Of a stretch of DNA of 37,713 nucleotides, positions 19,712-29,898 are shown piece after piece. The position numbers and the translations under genes are program-made. A model generated the notes under the pieces. That model was not told the origin of the DNA. It did no database searches and was given only the letters and a program-made list of their open reading frames with translations. This stretch comes from a bacterium (GTDB lineage: Bacteria; SZUA-182; DTGQ01; JAFGSM01), in the NCBI GenBank assembly GCA_049472315.1, contig JBLIRN010000030.1, positions 1-37,713 of the forward strand, read 5' to 3'. Position 1 is the stretch's first letter, and the number at the start of each line of letters is the position of its first letter.

Positions 19712-20878
19712 ATGCGTACGCAAGAACTGGATCTTGTCTTAAAAATCATGCTTGAGTCACAGCCAAATGTATCCGATCTTAACTTCACGGTGGGGAAGGC
19801 GTTGCAGGTGGAAAGCGGTGGCAACCTCATGCCGGTTGCCTTCGACCCTCCGATTCGAACGCTGACCCCATACCAGACGGAGGAGATCGCACTGAGCCTC
19901 ATCAGGGGGGACCGGAGGCTGACTGAAACCCTGCTCAGGGAGGGGTCCTGCGACCTTTCCTATCAGGTGCAGGGATTGGCCCGGTTGAGGGTGAACATAT
20001 TCTCCCAGCGGGGGAACTACTCCATCGTCCTGAGAAGACTCGCCACCCAGATCCCGACCATCGATCAGTTGAAGCTCCCACCGGTGTTTCATAAGATCAG
20101 CAACGAGTTAAACGGGCTCATTCTGGTCACCGGGGCCACCGGATCAGGAAAATCAACGTCGCTCGCCGCCCTCCTCGACGAGATCAATGATAAGAAGGCG
20201 ATTCATATCATCACCCTCGAGGACCCGGTCGAGTATGCCCATCCCCACAAGAAGGCGACGTTCAATCAGCGGGAGTTGGGCCGCGACTTCGATTCCTTTG
20301 CAAACGGGCTTCGGGCGGCCCTCCGGCAGGCTCCCAAGATCATCCTGGTGGGCGAGATGCGGGACAGGGAAACGGTTGAGATCGCCCTGGCGGCTGCGGA
20401 AACAGGGCACCTTGTCCTGAGCACCCTCCACACCATCGATGCAGGCCAGACCATCAGCCGTATCGTGGGTATGTTCGAGCAGGATGAGGAGAAGTTTGTG
20501 CGGATCAGGCTCGCCGAAACCCTCCGATGGGTTGTTGCCCAGCGATTGCTTCCCAAGGTGGGGGGGGACCGGATCGCCGCCTTCGAGATCATGGGGAGCA
20601 ACCTGAGGATCAAGGAACTGGTTTTGAACGGGGAGTCCGAGGAGAAGACCTTCTATGACATTGTCGAGGACGGTGAGGCGTTCGGGATGCGGACCTTTGA
20701 CAAATCCATCGTGGATCTGTACAAGGAAGGCCTGATCACCGCCGATACCGCAATGGCCTTCGCATCGAAGAAGAATGTGGTGGGCAGGGGGATCGACGCG
20801 ATAAAGAGCGCAAAGGGTGAAAAGACCTCCGACATCGGCGGACTCAAGATGGACATGGAATATGATCGTCGGATGTAA
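19712..20878 (+). CDS. second PilT/PilU-family ATPase
   Basis: GATGSGKST, TLEDPVE, LRQAPKIILVGEMRD and TGHLVLSTLHT motifs. Confidence 0.9.
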   Translation: MRTQELDLVLKIMLESQPNVSDLNFTVGKALQVESGGNLMPVAFDPPIRTLTPYQTEEIALSLIRGDRRLTETLLREGSCDLSYQVQGLARLRVNIFSQRGNYSIVLRRLATQIPTIDQLKLPPVFHKISNELNGLILVTGATGSGKSTSLAALLDEINDKKAIHIITLEDPVEYAHPHKKATFNQRELGRDFDSFANGLRAALRQAPKIILVGEMRDRETVEIALAAAETGHLVLSTLHTIDAGQTISRIVGMFEQDEEKFVRIRLAETLRWVVAQRLLPKVGGDRIAAFEIMGSNLRIKELVLNGESEEKTFYDIVEDGEAFGMRTFDKSIVDLYKEGLITADTAMAFASKKNVVGRGIDAIKSAKGEKTSDIGGLKMDMEYDRRM

Positions 20879-20893
20879 CGAGGGGAGGGGACA

Positions 20894-21352
20894 ATGGATC
20901 TGCAGGATTTAGGAATTTCAGGCCCCGGTGCGGCCATGGTGTGTTTGAAGGATCAGGAGAAGCTGAATTCGGTCTCCCAGGCACTGAAGGGGATGGGGAT
21001 AGGGACCGTCTCCCAGGCGCTGTCTCAGAAAGAGGCCCTGGACAAGATGAAATACAACCAGTACGACATTGTCATTATGGAGGATGGATTCGGCGGTTCA
21101 CTCGAGGATTCGCAACTTCTGGAGGAATTTCGGAACATGAGCATTTCCGAGCGGCGTTCGATCTTCCTTGCCCTGCTGGGGGATCGATGGGAGACCGGCA
21201 ACGCCCTTCAGGCGTTCGCGCTGAGCGTCAATCTGGTCATGAACTCCCGCATACTGGACAAGCTCAAGGAAGGGCTCACCTCGGCAATGATGCGCACTTT
21301 CCGGTTCTACAAGATATTCAACGAATACCGCGAGACATTAGGCAAGGTGTAA
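20894..21352 (+). CDS. hypothetical protein, probable degenerate receiver-like fold
   Basis: GGGAGG RBS; operonic with the pilT-like gene; alpha/beta pattern (EALDKMKYNQYDIVIM), RRSIFLALL...TGNALQAF..SVNLV. Confidence 0.6.
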   Translation: MDLQDLGISGPGAAMVCLKDQEKLNSVSQALKGMGIGTVSQALSQKEALDKMKYNQYDIVIMEDGFGGSLEDSQLLEEFRNMSISERRSIFLALLGDRWETGNALQAFALSVNLVMNSRILDKLKEGLTSAMMRTFRFYKIFNEYRETLGKV

Positions 21353-21455
21353 CTACCGGGCACAAGGATGTGCCCCGTTGTCATTGAGCATGTTCTTAGT
21401 TGCGGGCGGGGATACTGTTCCGTGATCACGCGATACCCGCCTGCTTCGGCGCCAC

Positions 21456-23099
21456 TTACCCCTGATTCCGTTCCGTGCCTGTTCCTGTTCCAGCCATTGC
21501 CAGGGCACCGTCCTCCTTGAGGAGGGGAAGGGTGATGAAGAAGGTGGTTCCCACATTTACCTCGCTCTCCACCCGGATGTTGCCGCCGTGAAGCTCCACC
21601 GCTCGTTTGACGATGGAGAGTCCCAGTCCTGCCCCATGTTCCTGTTTTCTTTTGGCATTGACCCCCCGGAAGAGTATGCCGAATATTTCGGGTAGTTCAT
21701 CCTCGGGGATACCCACGCCGTTGTCTTGTACCTGAATCTCCACCTTATCATCTCTGATCACGGAGCTTACCCATACGCGGGTGTTGGGAGGACCATACTT
21801 GATGGCATTGGATACAAGGTTGGTCAGGGAGCGATGCAGGAGGTTCTCGTCTCCGAGGACCCGTGCCTCGGGAAGTTCATGCACCTCGAGGGTGATCTGC
21901 TTGTCGTTCGCCCATGCGTGCATCATGTCCATGACATTCAGTACAATCGGCCGCACCGAGAGGGGTTTCATCTCCAGGTGCTCCTCATCCATTCGGGTGA
22001 AGTCAAGCAGGTCCCTGACAAAGGCAAGCTGGGACTCCACCCGCTCCTCCGCCCGTCTGATCATATCCATCTCTTTTGGCCGGTCGTTCTTGAGATATCC
22101 ATCCAGAACGACCCGCAGGCAGCTCTTTATCGAGGCGAGGGGTGCCCGGATATCATGGGCGACCATCATGACCACCTCGGATTTTTTCTTGTCCGACTGG
22201 TTTAGCTTCTTGTTGGCCACGGCGAGTTCCTGATTGGTCAGCTCGAGTTGATGCGTGGCCTGTTTCACCCGGGCGGCGAGCTCCTGATTCCATGCCTCGA
22301 TCCTTTTGCGCGATTCCCTGAGCTTGTCCGTCATGATATTGAATGATTGTGCCAGCTCGCCGATCTCATCATCCGAACGGATGGGGATGTGATAGGCGAG
22401 GTCGCCGTTCATGATCCTGCGGGTTCCATAGGTGAGCTGTGCAATGGGACGGTTGACCGACTTCATGATGAAGATGATGATGGAGAGCGCAATGAGGAAA
22501 AAGCAGATCAGGATGGCGGCCAGGGAACGAATCTTGTATGCCTGGATCGTCTTGTGGACGCTTTCCATGGAAAGGACGATATCCAGAACCCCGAGGACCT
22601 TCCGTTCGGGGCCGTGACATGAATGGCATTCCTTGTCGTTGTAAAAGGGATTCACGAATCCCAGGACACGTTCCCCCTCCTTTGTCTTGAAGAACCGGAA
22701 GCGGGTGACCGTCAACGGTCGCTTGCCCTGCACCGTGTGGCAGTCATAGCAGGATTCGGCCTTCTTGTCGATCGCCTGGTCCACCTCATCCTTCTGGGAG
22801 GCCATCTTGATGCGGCCCCGCTCGATGATTCGTACCTTGATCACCTCTTCCTGTGCGCCGATGGTATTAATAACCTCCTGCAGTTCATGACTTCGGGCCC
22901 GCATCATGTCGTGATGGATGCTCCTCTTGATGATATCGCTCAGACGGAATGCGTCTTCCTTCACGTGATTGGTCATCATGGTGCGATCCGCCCTGATGGT
23001 GAGATAGAAGATCAACTCCAGATAGATCACCAGGATCAGGCCCATATACAGGATCAGCTTGAAGGCCAGTCTGTGCTTTGTCGTTGTAAAGGGTGTCAT
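21456..23099 (-). CDS. membrane sensor histidine kinase with periplasmic di-heme c sensor, HAMP, HisKA and HATPase domains
   Basis: Two TM helices flanking CYDCH and CHSCH; HAMP DEIGELAQSFNIM; H-box VAHDIRAPL; NLVSNAIKY, DNGVGI and GAGLGL. ATG 23099 overlaps the upstream TAA. Confidence 0.92.
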   Translation of the reverse strand: MTPFTTTKHRLAFKLILYMGLILVIYLELIFYLTIRADRTMMTNHVKEDAFRLSDIIKRSIHHDMMRARSHELQEVINTIGAQEEVIKVRIIERGRIKMASQKDEVDQAIDKKAESCYDCHTVQGKRPLTVTRFRFFKTKEGERVLGFVNPFYNDKECHSCHGPERKVLGVLDIVLSMESVHKTIQAYKIRSLAAILICFFLIALSIIIFIMKSVNRPIAQLTYGTRRIMNGDLAYHIPIRSDDEIGELAQSFNIMTDKLRESRKRIEAWNQELAARVKQATHQLELTNQELAVANKKLNQSDKKKSEVVMMVAHDIRAPLASIKSCLRVVLDGYLKNDRPKEMDMIRRAEERVESQLAFVRDLLDFTRMDEEHLEMKPLSVRPIVLNVMDMMHAWANDKQITLEVHELPEARVLGDENLLHRSLTNLVSNAIKYGPPNTRVWVSSVIRDDKVEIQVQDNGVGIPEDELPEIFGILFRGVNAKRKQEHGAGLGLSIVKRAVELHGGNIRVESEVNVGTTFFITLPLLKEDGALAMAGTGTGTERNQG

Positions 23100-23500
23100 T
23101 AATTGTTTGATGCCTTTGTCCATTTCTCCACCAGGCTCACCAGCAAATTAGGATCAACGGGTTTATCCAGGAATTCGTTCACCGGAAGATACTCCCCATC
23201 CGTATTGGGTGAGAATCGCAGCTTTGTGCACTTGTGAATGGCGGTGACCATGAGTATTGGTGTGTTGGCGATCCCGGGGGTGTTCCGGATTCGCTGGCTC
23301 ACATAGAATCCCTCGTCCTTCCTTTCCATGGAGACGTCGAGGACGATGACATCCGGGACCTCCTGCTGGGCAACCCTCAGTCCGTCTTCCCCGTTGTAAG
23401 CAGTGAGGACGGTGTAGCCGTTTGCCTCAAGCACGATCTTGTTTGCCTCCACGAGGTCGACATCGTCATCGATAAGCAGAACCTTTTTGGCGCCTGACAT
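23099..23500 (-). CDS. stand-alone response regulator receiver
   Basis: VLLIDDD, VIVLDVSM (phospho-Asp), MVTA and KP motifs; no output domain. Confidence 0.9.
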   Translation of the reverse strand: MSGAKKVLLIDDDVDLVEANKIVLEANGYTVLTAYNGEDGLRVAQQEVPDVIVLDVSMERKDEGFYVSQRIRNTPGIANTPILMVTAIHKCTKLRFSPNTDGEYLPVNEFLDKPVDPNLLVSLVEKWTKASNN

Positions 23501-23532
23501 ATGCTTCCCTCCCTTTCAAGTCTTGCTAAGGG

Positions 23533-24366
23533 TTAAAATTCCGCAGGCATGACCTGGAGATCGGCGAAGGTGAATACCGGTCCATCCTTGCACACATAGG
23601 TATGACCGATATTGCACCGCCCGCATTTCCCCAGTCCGCATTTCATCTTCATCTCCAGGGTGGTCACGATCTTTTCGTGGGTGAACCCCATGGCGTCCAA
23701 CCCCTGGATGGTAAACTTGATCATGATCGGAGGACCGCACACAATCGCATAGGCATTTGATGCATCGAGGTGAAGGTCCCTCATGACCAGGGGCACGAAT
23801 CCGATCCTTCCGTCCCAGTCGTCGGTCTCTCCTCCGGGGTCAACCGTTTTGACAAATGTGACGTCATGCCGGTCTTCCCATGTTTTCAACTCGTCCTTGT
23901 ATACCAGGTCCGCAACGCTGCGCGCACCGTAGAGGATGGTAATCCCCGCAAACCGGTCCCTGGAGCCGAGACAATGCCAGATGAGTGACCGCAGGGGAGC
24001 GAGGCCGATCCCGCCGGCGATGAAAACCAGGTCCTTTCCCTCCATCTCCTCGAAAGGGAAATGGTTCCCGTAGGGCCCGCGGAAACCGACGAAATCCCCT
24101 TCATCCATCCGGTGGAGCGCCTGGGTGACCTTTCCCGCCTTCTTGACACTGCACTCGATAAAACCATGCCAGGTCGGTGAAGAGGCGATGCAGAAGGTGG
24201 CCTCACCTTCCCCGAATACCGAGACCTCACCAAATTGTCCGGCCTTGAATCGGAATGTCTCCTTGAGTACCGGGTCGAGGAATACGAGCCGGAAGGTCTT
24301 CACATCCGGTGTTTCTTGTTTGATATGTTCGATCCTCATCAGGGAAGGCTTGTATATGTGGTTCAT
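23533..24366 (-). CDS. flxA: FlxA, FAD/NAD(P)-binding [2Fe-2S] subunit (AsrB/PyrK-like)
   Basis: GQF, RGPYGN, IAGGIGLAPLRS, CGPPIM and MKCGLGKCGRC...VCKDGPVF motifs; position in hdr-flx order. Confidence 0.85.
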   Translation of the reverse strand: MNHIYKPSLMRIEHIKQETPDVKTFRLVFLDPVLKETFRFKAGQFGEVSVFGEGEATFCIASSPTWHGFIECSVKKAGKVTQALHRMDEGDFVGFRGPYGNHFPFEEMEGKDLVFIAGGIGLAPLRSLIWHCLGSRDRFAGITILYGARSVADLVYKDELKTWEDRHDVTFVKTVDPGGETDDWDGRIGFVPLVMRDLHLDASNAYAIVCGPPIMIKFTIQGLDAMGFTHEKIVTTLEMKMKCGLGKCGRCNIGHTYVCKDGPVFTFADLQVMPAEF

Positions 24367-25436
24367 TGTTTACGCCCTTTTTTGATCACCATGGGTTCTG
24401 ATTGGGATATGTCCATCTGTTTCCGGATTTCTCCGAGGACCTGTACAATGTCCTTGCCTGCAGGGCAGAGTGCACGGCACCTGCCGCATCCGACACAGGC
24501 CAGATGGGAGAACTTATCTATGTAATACTTGAACTTGTGCATCACCCGCTGCCTGAAGCGCTGCCATTGGAATATCCGGGGTTGATGGGCCGCCATCTTG
24601 GTGAAATGATCGAAGGCGCAGGAGTCCCAGTTACGCATCCTCTGGCCTGCATACCCCGTGGTTTCGTCGGTGAGATCGAAACAATGACAGGTGGGACACA
24701 GGTATGCGCAGGTCCCGCAACCGAGGCACCCTGCTGCCAGCTCCTCCCAGAGGGGGTGATCGAAATGCAGGTCCATCCACGACTTGATCTCCGCAAGGGG
24801 GAGGGGAGGCGGCATGTGCGAGACGACCTCCTTGATCATGGTTTCCCTTTTTAACGCCACATCGGCGGGAACATCCTTGCAGTATTTGGTGAATGGCTTC
24901 AGGAACTGTTCCCCTCGCTGCGTTATCACCTTCGCATGAAAGGTGTCGTTCCCGAGGTCGGTCAAAAGGATATCGCTGCCACGCTCCTCGAACGGTGAAA
25001 TGTGCGTGGCGGTGCAGAAGCAGAACGGCTCCGGCTTGACACAGGCAAGTCCGATGATCACGGTATTCTTTCGAAGGGTCAGGTAGAGCTCATCCTCGTA
25101 ATCCCAACTGAATACCCGGTCCAGTATATAGAGTGCAAAGGCATCGCAGGGTCGCACACCTATCAGGACCCTCTTCTTGCTGTGATTCTCGATCGGTTCG
25201 ATCTTGACGCCATCCCGGGCTTGCGTAAACCCGAAGATGGGCTCGGTCATCGGGAAAAAGAATTCCTTCGGGGAGCGATGGCAGTTACCGTCACCCCAGT
25301 TGATTTGTTCGTGATGTGCAATCATCCGATACGTCTTGATCCCGTCCTGGATTACGGGTGCAAAGACCTGGCTGTCTTGAACGATCTGGGAAATGATCCC
25401 TTCGAGGTCCCTTTTGCTGATCAACGTTTCCATCAT
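24363..25436 (-). CDS. flxB: FlxB, 4Fe-4S protein (AsrA-like)
   Basis: GVRPCD, CLGCGTCAYLCPTCHCF, RNWDSC, RQRVMHKF and CVGCGRCRALCP motifs. Confidence 0.85.
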   Translation of the reverse strand: MMETLISKRDLEGIISQIVQDSQVFAPVIQDGIKTYRMIAHHEQINWGDGNCHRSPKEFFFPMTEPIFGFTQARDGVKIEPIENHSKKRVLIGVRPCDAFALYILDRVFSWDYEDELYLTLRKNTVIIGLACVKPEPFCFCTATHISPFEERGSDILLTDLGNDTFHAKVITQRGEQFLKPFTKYCKDVPADVALKRETMIKEVVSHMPPPLPLAEIKSWMDLHFDHPLWEELAAGCLGCGTCAYLCPTCHCFDLTDETTGYAGQRMRNWDSCAFDHFTKMAAHQPRIFQWQRFRQRVMHKFKYYIDKFSHLACVGCGRCRALCPAGKDIVQVLGEIRKQMDISQSEPMVIKKGRKQ

Positions 25437-25442
25437 GCGCCT

Positions 25443-26378
25443 CTATTTGATAAATGATTCGTCGTCATCAACCTTGAACTGGCTCATCAGGGGGGCCTGT
25501 TCAGGATCGTTGCCGGATTCGTAGTCGTACAGTTCCTTGACATCCTTGATCATCTTTTGATTGAGCAGTGTCAGGGGAAGACCCATGGGACATACCCGCT
25601 CGCACTCACCGCAGTTGACGCAGCGCCCGGTGAGGTGGAAGGCCCGTACGATGTGAAAGAGGAAGTTTCCCTTCAGGTGCGGGCTCCTATCCACCCATTG
25701 CGGCTGGCTCATGTCACAGACGCACTGCTCGCAATAGCACAGGGGGCATACGGAACGGCACGCATAGCACCGCAGGCACTTCTGAAACTGCCCCTGCCAG
25801 AATGCCCGTCGCTCGTCAATCGATATTTTTTCCAATTCCTCGATGCCCGGCATTTCCCCCTTTGGTTCAGCAGGAAGCTCCCCTTCGGGGAGCTCATCGA
25901 TGGCAAGGTCCACATCCTCGGGCACACAACGGGCGATTGCCCCCTCGTGAGCGGCACGGCAGTCGATGCACTTGCGGGGCATGTGCCCGGTGCCCAATCC
26001 CATGGTTTCATCGATTGTTCCGGACAGTGTACCGTTACAGGAGAGCCCGATGATGAACAACCGCTGGCGGTCGATTTGATGTTCCTGCCGCAGTACGTTT
26101 ATCGCCTTGAAATCGCATGGCTTGACCACGATACCGATGCGTTCGTATCGCTTGTAATCCTTTTTGGTCAAGTAGGTCACCAGATTGTGGACACAGCCGC
26201 GGTTCCATACCAACTGGCCGACCTCTGACTCCCTGGTGATAAAGATCGGCCCTACGCTCGTCACCATCGATCCGTTTGCTATGGGTATTTCCCTTTGGCC
26301 GTAGGCGATTATCAGATCGACAATGCCGTTTTTCAGTAATTCCTTGACGTGCGTATTCAATTTCTCCATCGTGTTCAT
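25443..26378 (-). CDS. flxC: FlxC, 4Fe-4S dicluster protein (FrhB-C-like)
   Basis: VKPCD, CLRCYACRSVCPLCYCEQC and RAFHLTGRCVNCGECERVCP motifs. Confidence 0.82.
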   Translation of the reverse strand: MNTMEKLNTHVKELLKNGIVDLIIAYGQREIPIANGSMVTSVGPIFITRESEVGQLVWNRGCVHNLVTYLTKKDYKRYERIGIVVKPCDFKAINVLRQEHQIDRQRLFIIGLSCNGTLSGTIDETMGLGTGHMPRKCIDCRAAHEGAIARCVPEDVDLAIDELPEGELPAEPKGEMPGIEELEKISIDERRAFWQGQFQKCLRCYACRSVCPLCYCEQCVCDMSQPQWVDRSPHLKGNFLFHIVRAFHLTGRCVNCGECERVCPMGLPLTLLNQKMIKDVKELYDYESGNDPEQAPLMSQFKVDDDESFIK

Positions 26379-26863
26379 CCCTTTTCAGGATCCTGCATGA
26401 CATCAAAACCGGGGAATGGGCCTGCCTGGTGGACCGCTTCGACCACCTCGTTGACCACCCGGGACCATTTTCCACCTTCAGCAGCGGACACCCATGAGAA
26501 GTGAATCCTGCGTGCATCGATCCCGCAGAATTCCAGAAGCCGCTTGATAAGGGCAAATTTTCTTCGTGCAAAATAATTGCCTGTTGCATAGTGACAGTCA
26601 CCCGGATGACACCCGGATACCAGGACGCCGTCCGCACCGTCTGCAAAGGCCCGGAGTATGAACAGCGGATCGACCTTGCCCGAGCAGGGAACCCGTATGA
26701 GGCGGATGTTCGGGTTGTATTTCAGCCTGCTTGTCCCCGCAAGATCCGCACCCGCATATGAGCACCAATTGCAAAGGAACGCGACGATTGACGGCTTCCA
26801 TGCCGTGTCCTTACCATGCTGGTCCTTCAGGCTTATATTTGCCTGATCCAAGGTCTTTTTCAT
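26375..26863 (-). CDS. flxD: FlxD / MvhD-like [2Fe-2S] subunit
   Basis: FLCNWCSYAGAD, RVPCSG, GADGV..GCHPGDCHY and WVSAAEG motifs. Confidence 0.9.
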   Translation of the reverse strand: MKKTLDQANISLKDQHGKDTAWKPSIVAFLCNWCSYAGADLAGTSRLKYNPNIRLIRVPCSGKVDPLFILRAFADGADGVLVSGCHPGDCHYATGNYFARRKFALIKRLLEFCGIDARRIHFSWVSAAEGGKWSRVVNEVVEAVHQAGPFPGFDVMQDPEKG

Positions 26864-28960
26864 TTATGATCTCTCCCTGTTGCTGACAAGTGCCGGTTCT
26901 TTTTCAGGCATTTCGTCGTGAGCCGTTTGTGATTTTTGTTCCGTGCGCGTGCGCGTATCGACTCCTTCGTCAAAGGGTTTGATGATCAGCGGCTTGCTCT
27001 TGATATGGTGGATCTGGGCAAAGATCTGGGAGTCGGTGAACCCCGAGAGCTGTATGCTGTTTGACCGGCAGGTGGCGGCACAGGCCCCGCAGCCCTGGCA
27101 CTTACCCTTGTTGACCTGGGCGACCCTCCTGATCAGTTTCCCTTCCTTGTCCTTTATGTCAAGGGATTCGATGGCCTTGTAGGCGCATACCTTTTCGCAG
27201 GAGAAACACCCCGCACAGGTGGCTTGATTTACCGAGGCGATCATGGGCTCCCTGAGGAGCTCCTTCTGGCCGAACAACGCAAGAACCTTGCTTGCCGCTG
27301 CGCCTGCCTGGGCGACCGATTCAGGAATATCCTTGGGTGCCTGGCATGCGCCCGCCAGGAAAACCCCTGCGCTGTTTGTCTCCACCGGCCTGAGCTTGGG
27401 GTGCGCCTCGCACATGAAGTTGTGCAGATCATAGGACACCCCCAGCATCTGGGCGAGCCGTTCGATCCCCTTGGGGGCCGCCATTGCGGTGGCCAGCACC
27501 ACCAGGTCCGCCTCCACCTCCACCTGGGCTCCAAGGAGGGTATCCGCGCCGAGCACGATCAACTTGTCTCCCCTTCGGTATATCTTGGAAACCCTTCCCC
27601 GGATGTAGATCGCATGGTCCTCTTCGATGGCCCTGCGGACGAATTCGTCATAGTTCTTTCCACCTGCACGGATGTCCATATAGAACACGTATGCCTTCCC
27701 GTCGTGCACCTTGTGCCGGTAGAGCATGGTGTGTTTCGCCGTATACATGCAGCAGATCTTCGAGCAGTAAGGGCGGCCGGAGGCATTGTCCCTGGAGCCT
27801 GCGCACTGGATAAACACCACGCTTCGAGGGAGGGTTCCGTCCGAGGGCCTCTTCAGTTCCCCCAGGGTGGGGCCGGAGGCGCTCACCAGTCGCTCGAATT
27901 GGAGCCCTGATATGATGTCCGGGTCATTGCCGTACTCATTGTATGCATGGGTTTCGGAGAGTTCATACCCGGTTGCGCAGATGATGGCCCCCACATCCTC
28001 GGTGATGATCTCGTCCTTCTGCTCGTAATCGATGGCCTTTGTAGGACATACCTTTGCGCATACCCCGCATTTCCCCTTGATGAACTTGAGGCAGTGCTCC
28101 CGGTCGATGACCGGCTTGTTGGGCACCGCCTGGGGGAAGGGGACGTATATGGCCTTGCGTGTTCCCATGCCCGCCTCGAATTCACTGGTCACGGTGGTGG
28201 GGCACTTCTGGCGGCACAGTCCGCACCCATTGCATTTGGTGGTATCCACTGAGCGCGCCTTTTGTCTGATTTTCACCTGGAAATTGCCGATGTACCCATC
28301 CACCGCCTCGACTTCGGCATAGGTATATAGCTTGATTCGGGGATTCTGCGCCACCTCCACCATACGCGGGGTAAGGATGCACTGGGAGCAATCGAGGGTG
28401 GGAAAGGTCTCGTCGAGCTGGGCCATGTGTCCGCCGATGGAGGGGCTCTTCTCCACCATGATCACCTCGTATCCGCCCTGGGCAATGTCCAGGGCGGCCT
28501 GTATGCCGGCAATCCCCGCGCCGATGACCAGTGCCCGCTTGGTGACGGGAATCTGGATATCGACCAGGGGATGGTTTCTCTTTACCTTTTCCACCATGAG
28601 GCGGACCAGGTCCTTTGCCTTTTCCGTGGCCTCCTCCCGGTCATTGTGCACCCAGGAACAATGTTCCCGAAGGTTTGCCATCTCCAGCAGGAATGGGTTG
28701 AAGCCGATTTGTGCGACCGTCCTTCGGTAGGTGACCTCGTGCATCCGCGGGGAGCATGCAGCGACCACCACCCCGGTGAGCCGCTCCTTCTGGATGGCAT
28801 CCAGGATGAGCCGCTGCCCGGGATCGGAGCACATGTATTTGTAATCAAGGGACACGACAACACCGGGCAGATGGGAGGCGTATTCCGCCACTTTCTGACA
28901 GTCAACCGTCTCAGCGATATTCGAGCCGCACCAACAGACAAAGACCCCGATACGTGCCAT
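26864..28960 (-). CDS. hdrA: heterodisulfide reductase subunit A (FAD, electron-bifurcating)
   Basis: RIGVFVCWCG, YMCS, AACSPR, NLREHCSWVH, VIGAGIAG, TFPTLDCSQC, QCAGSRD..YCSKICC, FYMDIR and terminal ferredoxin motifs. Confidence 0.95.
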   Translation of the reverse strand: MARIGVFVCWCGSNIAETVDCQKVAEYASHLPGVVVSLDYKYMCSDPGQRLILDAIQKERLTGVVVAACSPRMHEVTYRRTVAQIGFNPFLLEMANLREHCSWVHNDREEATEKAKDLVRLMVEKVKRNHPLVDIQIPVTKRALVIGAGIAGIQAALDIAQGGYEVIMVEKSPSIGGHMAQLDETFPTLDCSQCILTPRMVEVAQNPRIKLYTYAEVEAVDGYIGNFQVKIRQKARSVDTTKCNGCGLCRQKCPTTVTSEFEAGMGTRKAIYVPFPQAVPNKPVIDREHCLKFIKGKCGVCAKVCPTKAIDYEQKDEIITEDVGAIICATGYELSETHAYNEYGNDPDIISGLQFERLVSASGPTLGELKRPSDGTLPRSVVFIQCAGSRDNASGRPYCSKICCMYTAKHTMLYRHKVHDGKAYVFYMDIRAGGKNYDEFVRRAIEEDHAIYIRGRVSKIYRRGDKLIVLGADTLLGAQVEVEADLVVLATAMAAPKGIERLAQMLGVSYDLHNFMCEAHPKLRPVETNSAGVFLAGACQAPKDIPESVAQAGAAASKVLALFGQKELLREPMIASVNQATCAGCFSCEKVCAYKAIESLDIKDKEGKLIRRVAQVNKGKCQGCGACAATCRSNSIQLSGFTDSQIFAQIHHIKSKPLIIKPFDEGVDTRTRTEQKSQTAHDEMPEKEPALVSNRERS

Positions 28961-29013
28961 TTAAACCTCCCTCTTCCTTCCAGGTACCATCATGTACATC
29001 CGCTGCAGTACTC

Positions 29014-29898
29014 CTATTTTCCCGCTGCCACCAGGATGCCTTTTTCCTCGAGCAGTGCAAAAGGTTCTGTAATCAGGTGCTTCAGGCCAATGGCCTTTTC
29101 TTGCAAATTCATTGCCAATCCAACAAGTTGGGTGAAATAGACAATGGGAATACGAATCTCACGACCCAATTCCTTCGACACCTCCGATTGCCTCAGATCA
29201 AGGTTCGATTGGCACAGGGGACATGCTACCGCAATGCAATCCGCGCCATGTTCCTGTGCCGAGCTCAGGATTTCACATGCCAATCGCAGGGCCACCTTCG
29301 GCTGGGTGATGGCCAGGCTCGCACCGCAACATTCCGTTTTATAAGGCCAGTTGCAGGTTGCGGCCCCCAGTGCCGATACGATGTTGTCCATCTTTACCGG
29401 TGCCTCACAGTTTTCCTCACCGGTTATCTCCTGCGGTCGCGCCAGGAGGCATCCGTAGTAGCAGGCAACCTTCAGGGATGAAAGGTCCCGTTTGAGCAAT
29501 GCCTTTATCTGCCCTTGGACATCCAGGCGGTTGAACAGGTGCAGGGGATTCAGGATGGTCACGTTCCCCTCATACTGCTCATCAATAAGACCATTCACCT
29601 TTTTGCGCACTATGGCATCCCTTTTTACCTCCAGATTGGCCACCTTGAGTCTGCTGAAGCATGAGGCGCAGGGTGCGATAATGTCCAGATGGTGTGATTC
29701 AGCCCATGTGCAATTTGCAATGGCAAGCGCCAGGGAGAGCCATTGGCTCGTGGTATGAGCCGGAGTGGAGCCGCAGCAGATCCAGTCGGGAATCTCGATC
29801 AGATCGATACCCAGATGGTTACAGACCGCCCTCATTGAGAGGTTGTATTCCTGTGCCGTCGCATGCAGAGAACATCCCGGATAATATGCGTACTTCAT
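29014..29898 (-). CDS. hdrB: heterodisulfide reductase subunit B (CCG domains)
   Basis: YYPGCSL, WICCG, PCASC, YYGCLL, ECCG and ACPLCQSNLD motifs. Confidence 0.93.
   Translation of the reverse strand: MKYAYYPGCSLHATAQEYNLSMRAVCNHLGIDLIEIPDWICCGSTPAHTTSQWLSLALAIANCTWAESHHLDIIAPCASCFSRLKVANLEVKRDAIVRKKVNGLIDEQYEGNVTILNPLHLFNRLDVQGQIKALLKRDLSSLKVACYYGCLLARPQEITGEENCEAPVKMDNIVSALGAATCNWPYKTECCGASLAITQPKVALRLACEILSSAQEHGADCIAVACPLCQSNLDLRQSEVSKELGREIRIPIVYFTQLVGLAMNLQEKAIGLKHLITEPFALLEEKGILVAAGK

Noticed and set aside
26375..28960. Selenocysteine in HdrA or FlxD given nearby selAB
   Set aside because: Both ORFs are full length with Cys at the relevant motifs (TLDCSQC, CNWC, GCHPGDCH) and no in-frame TGA.
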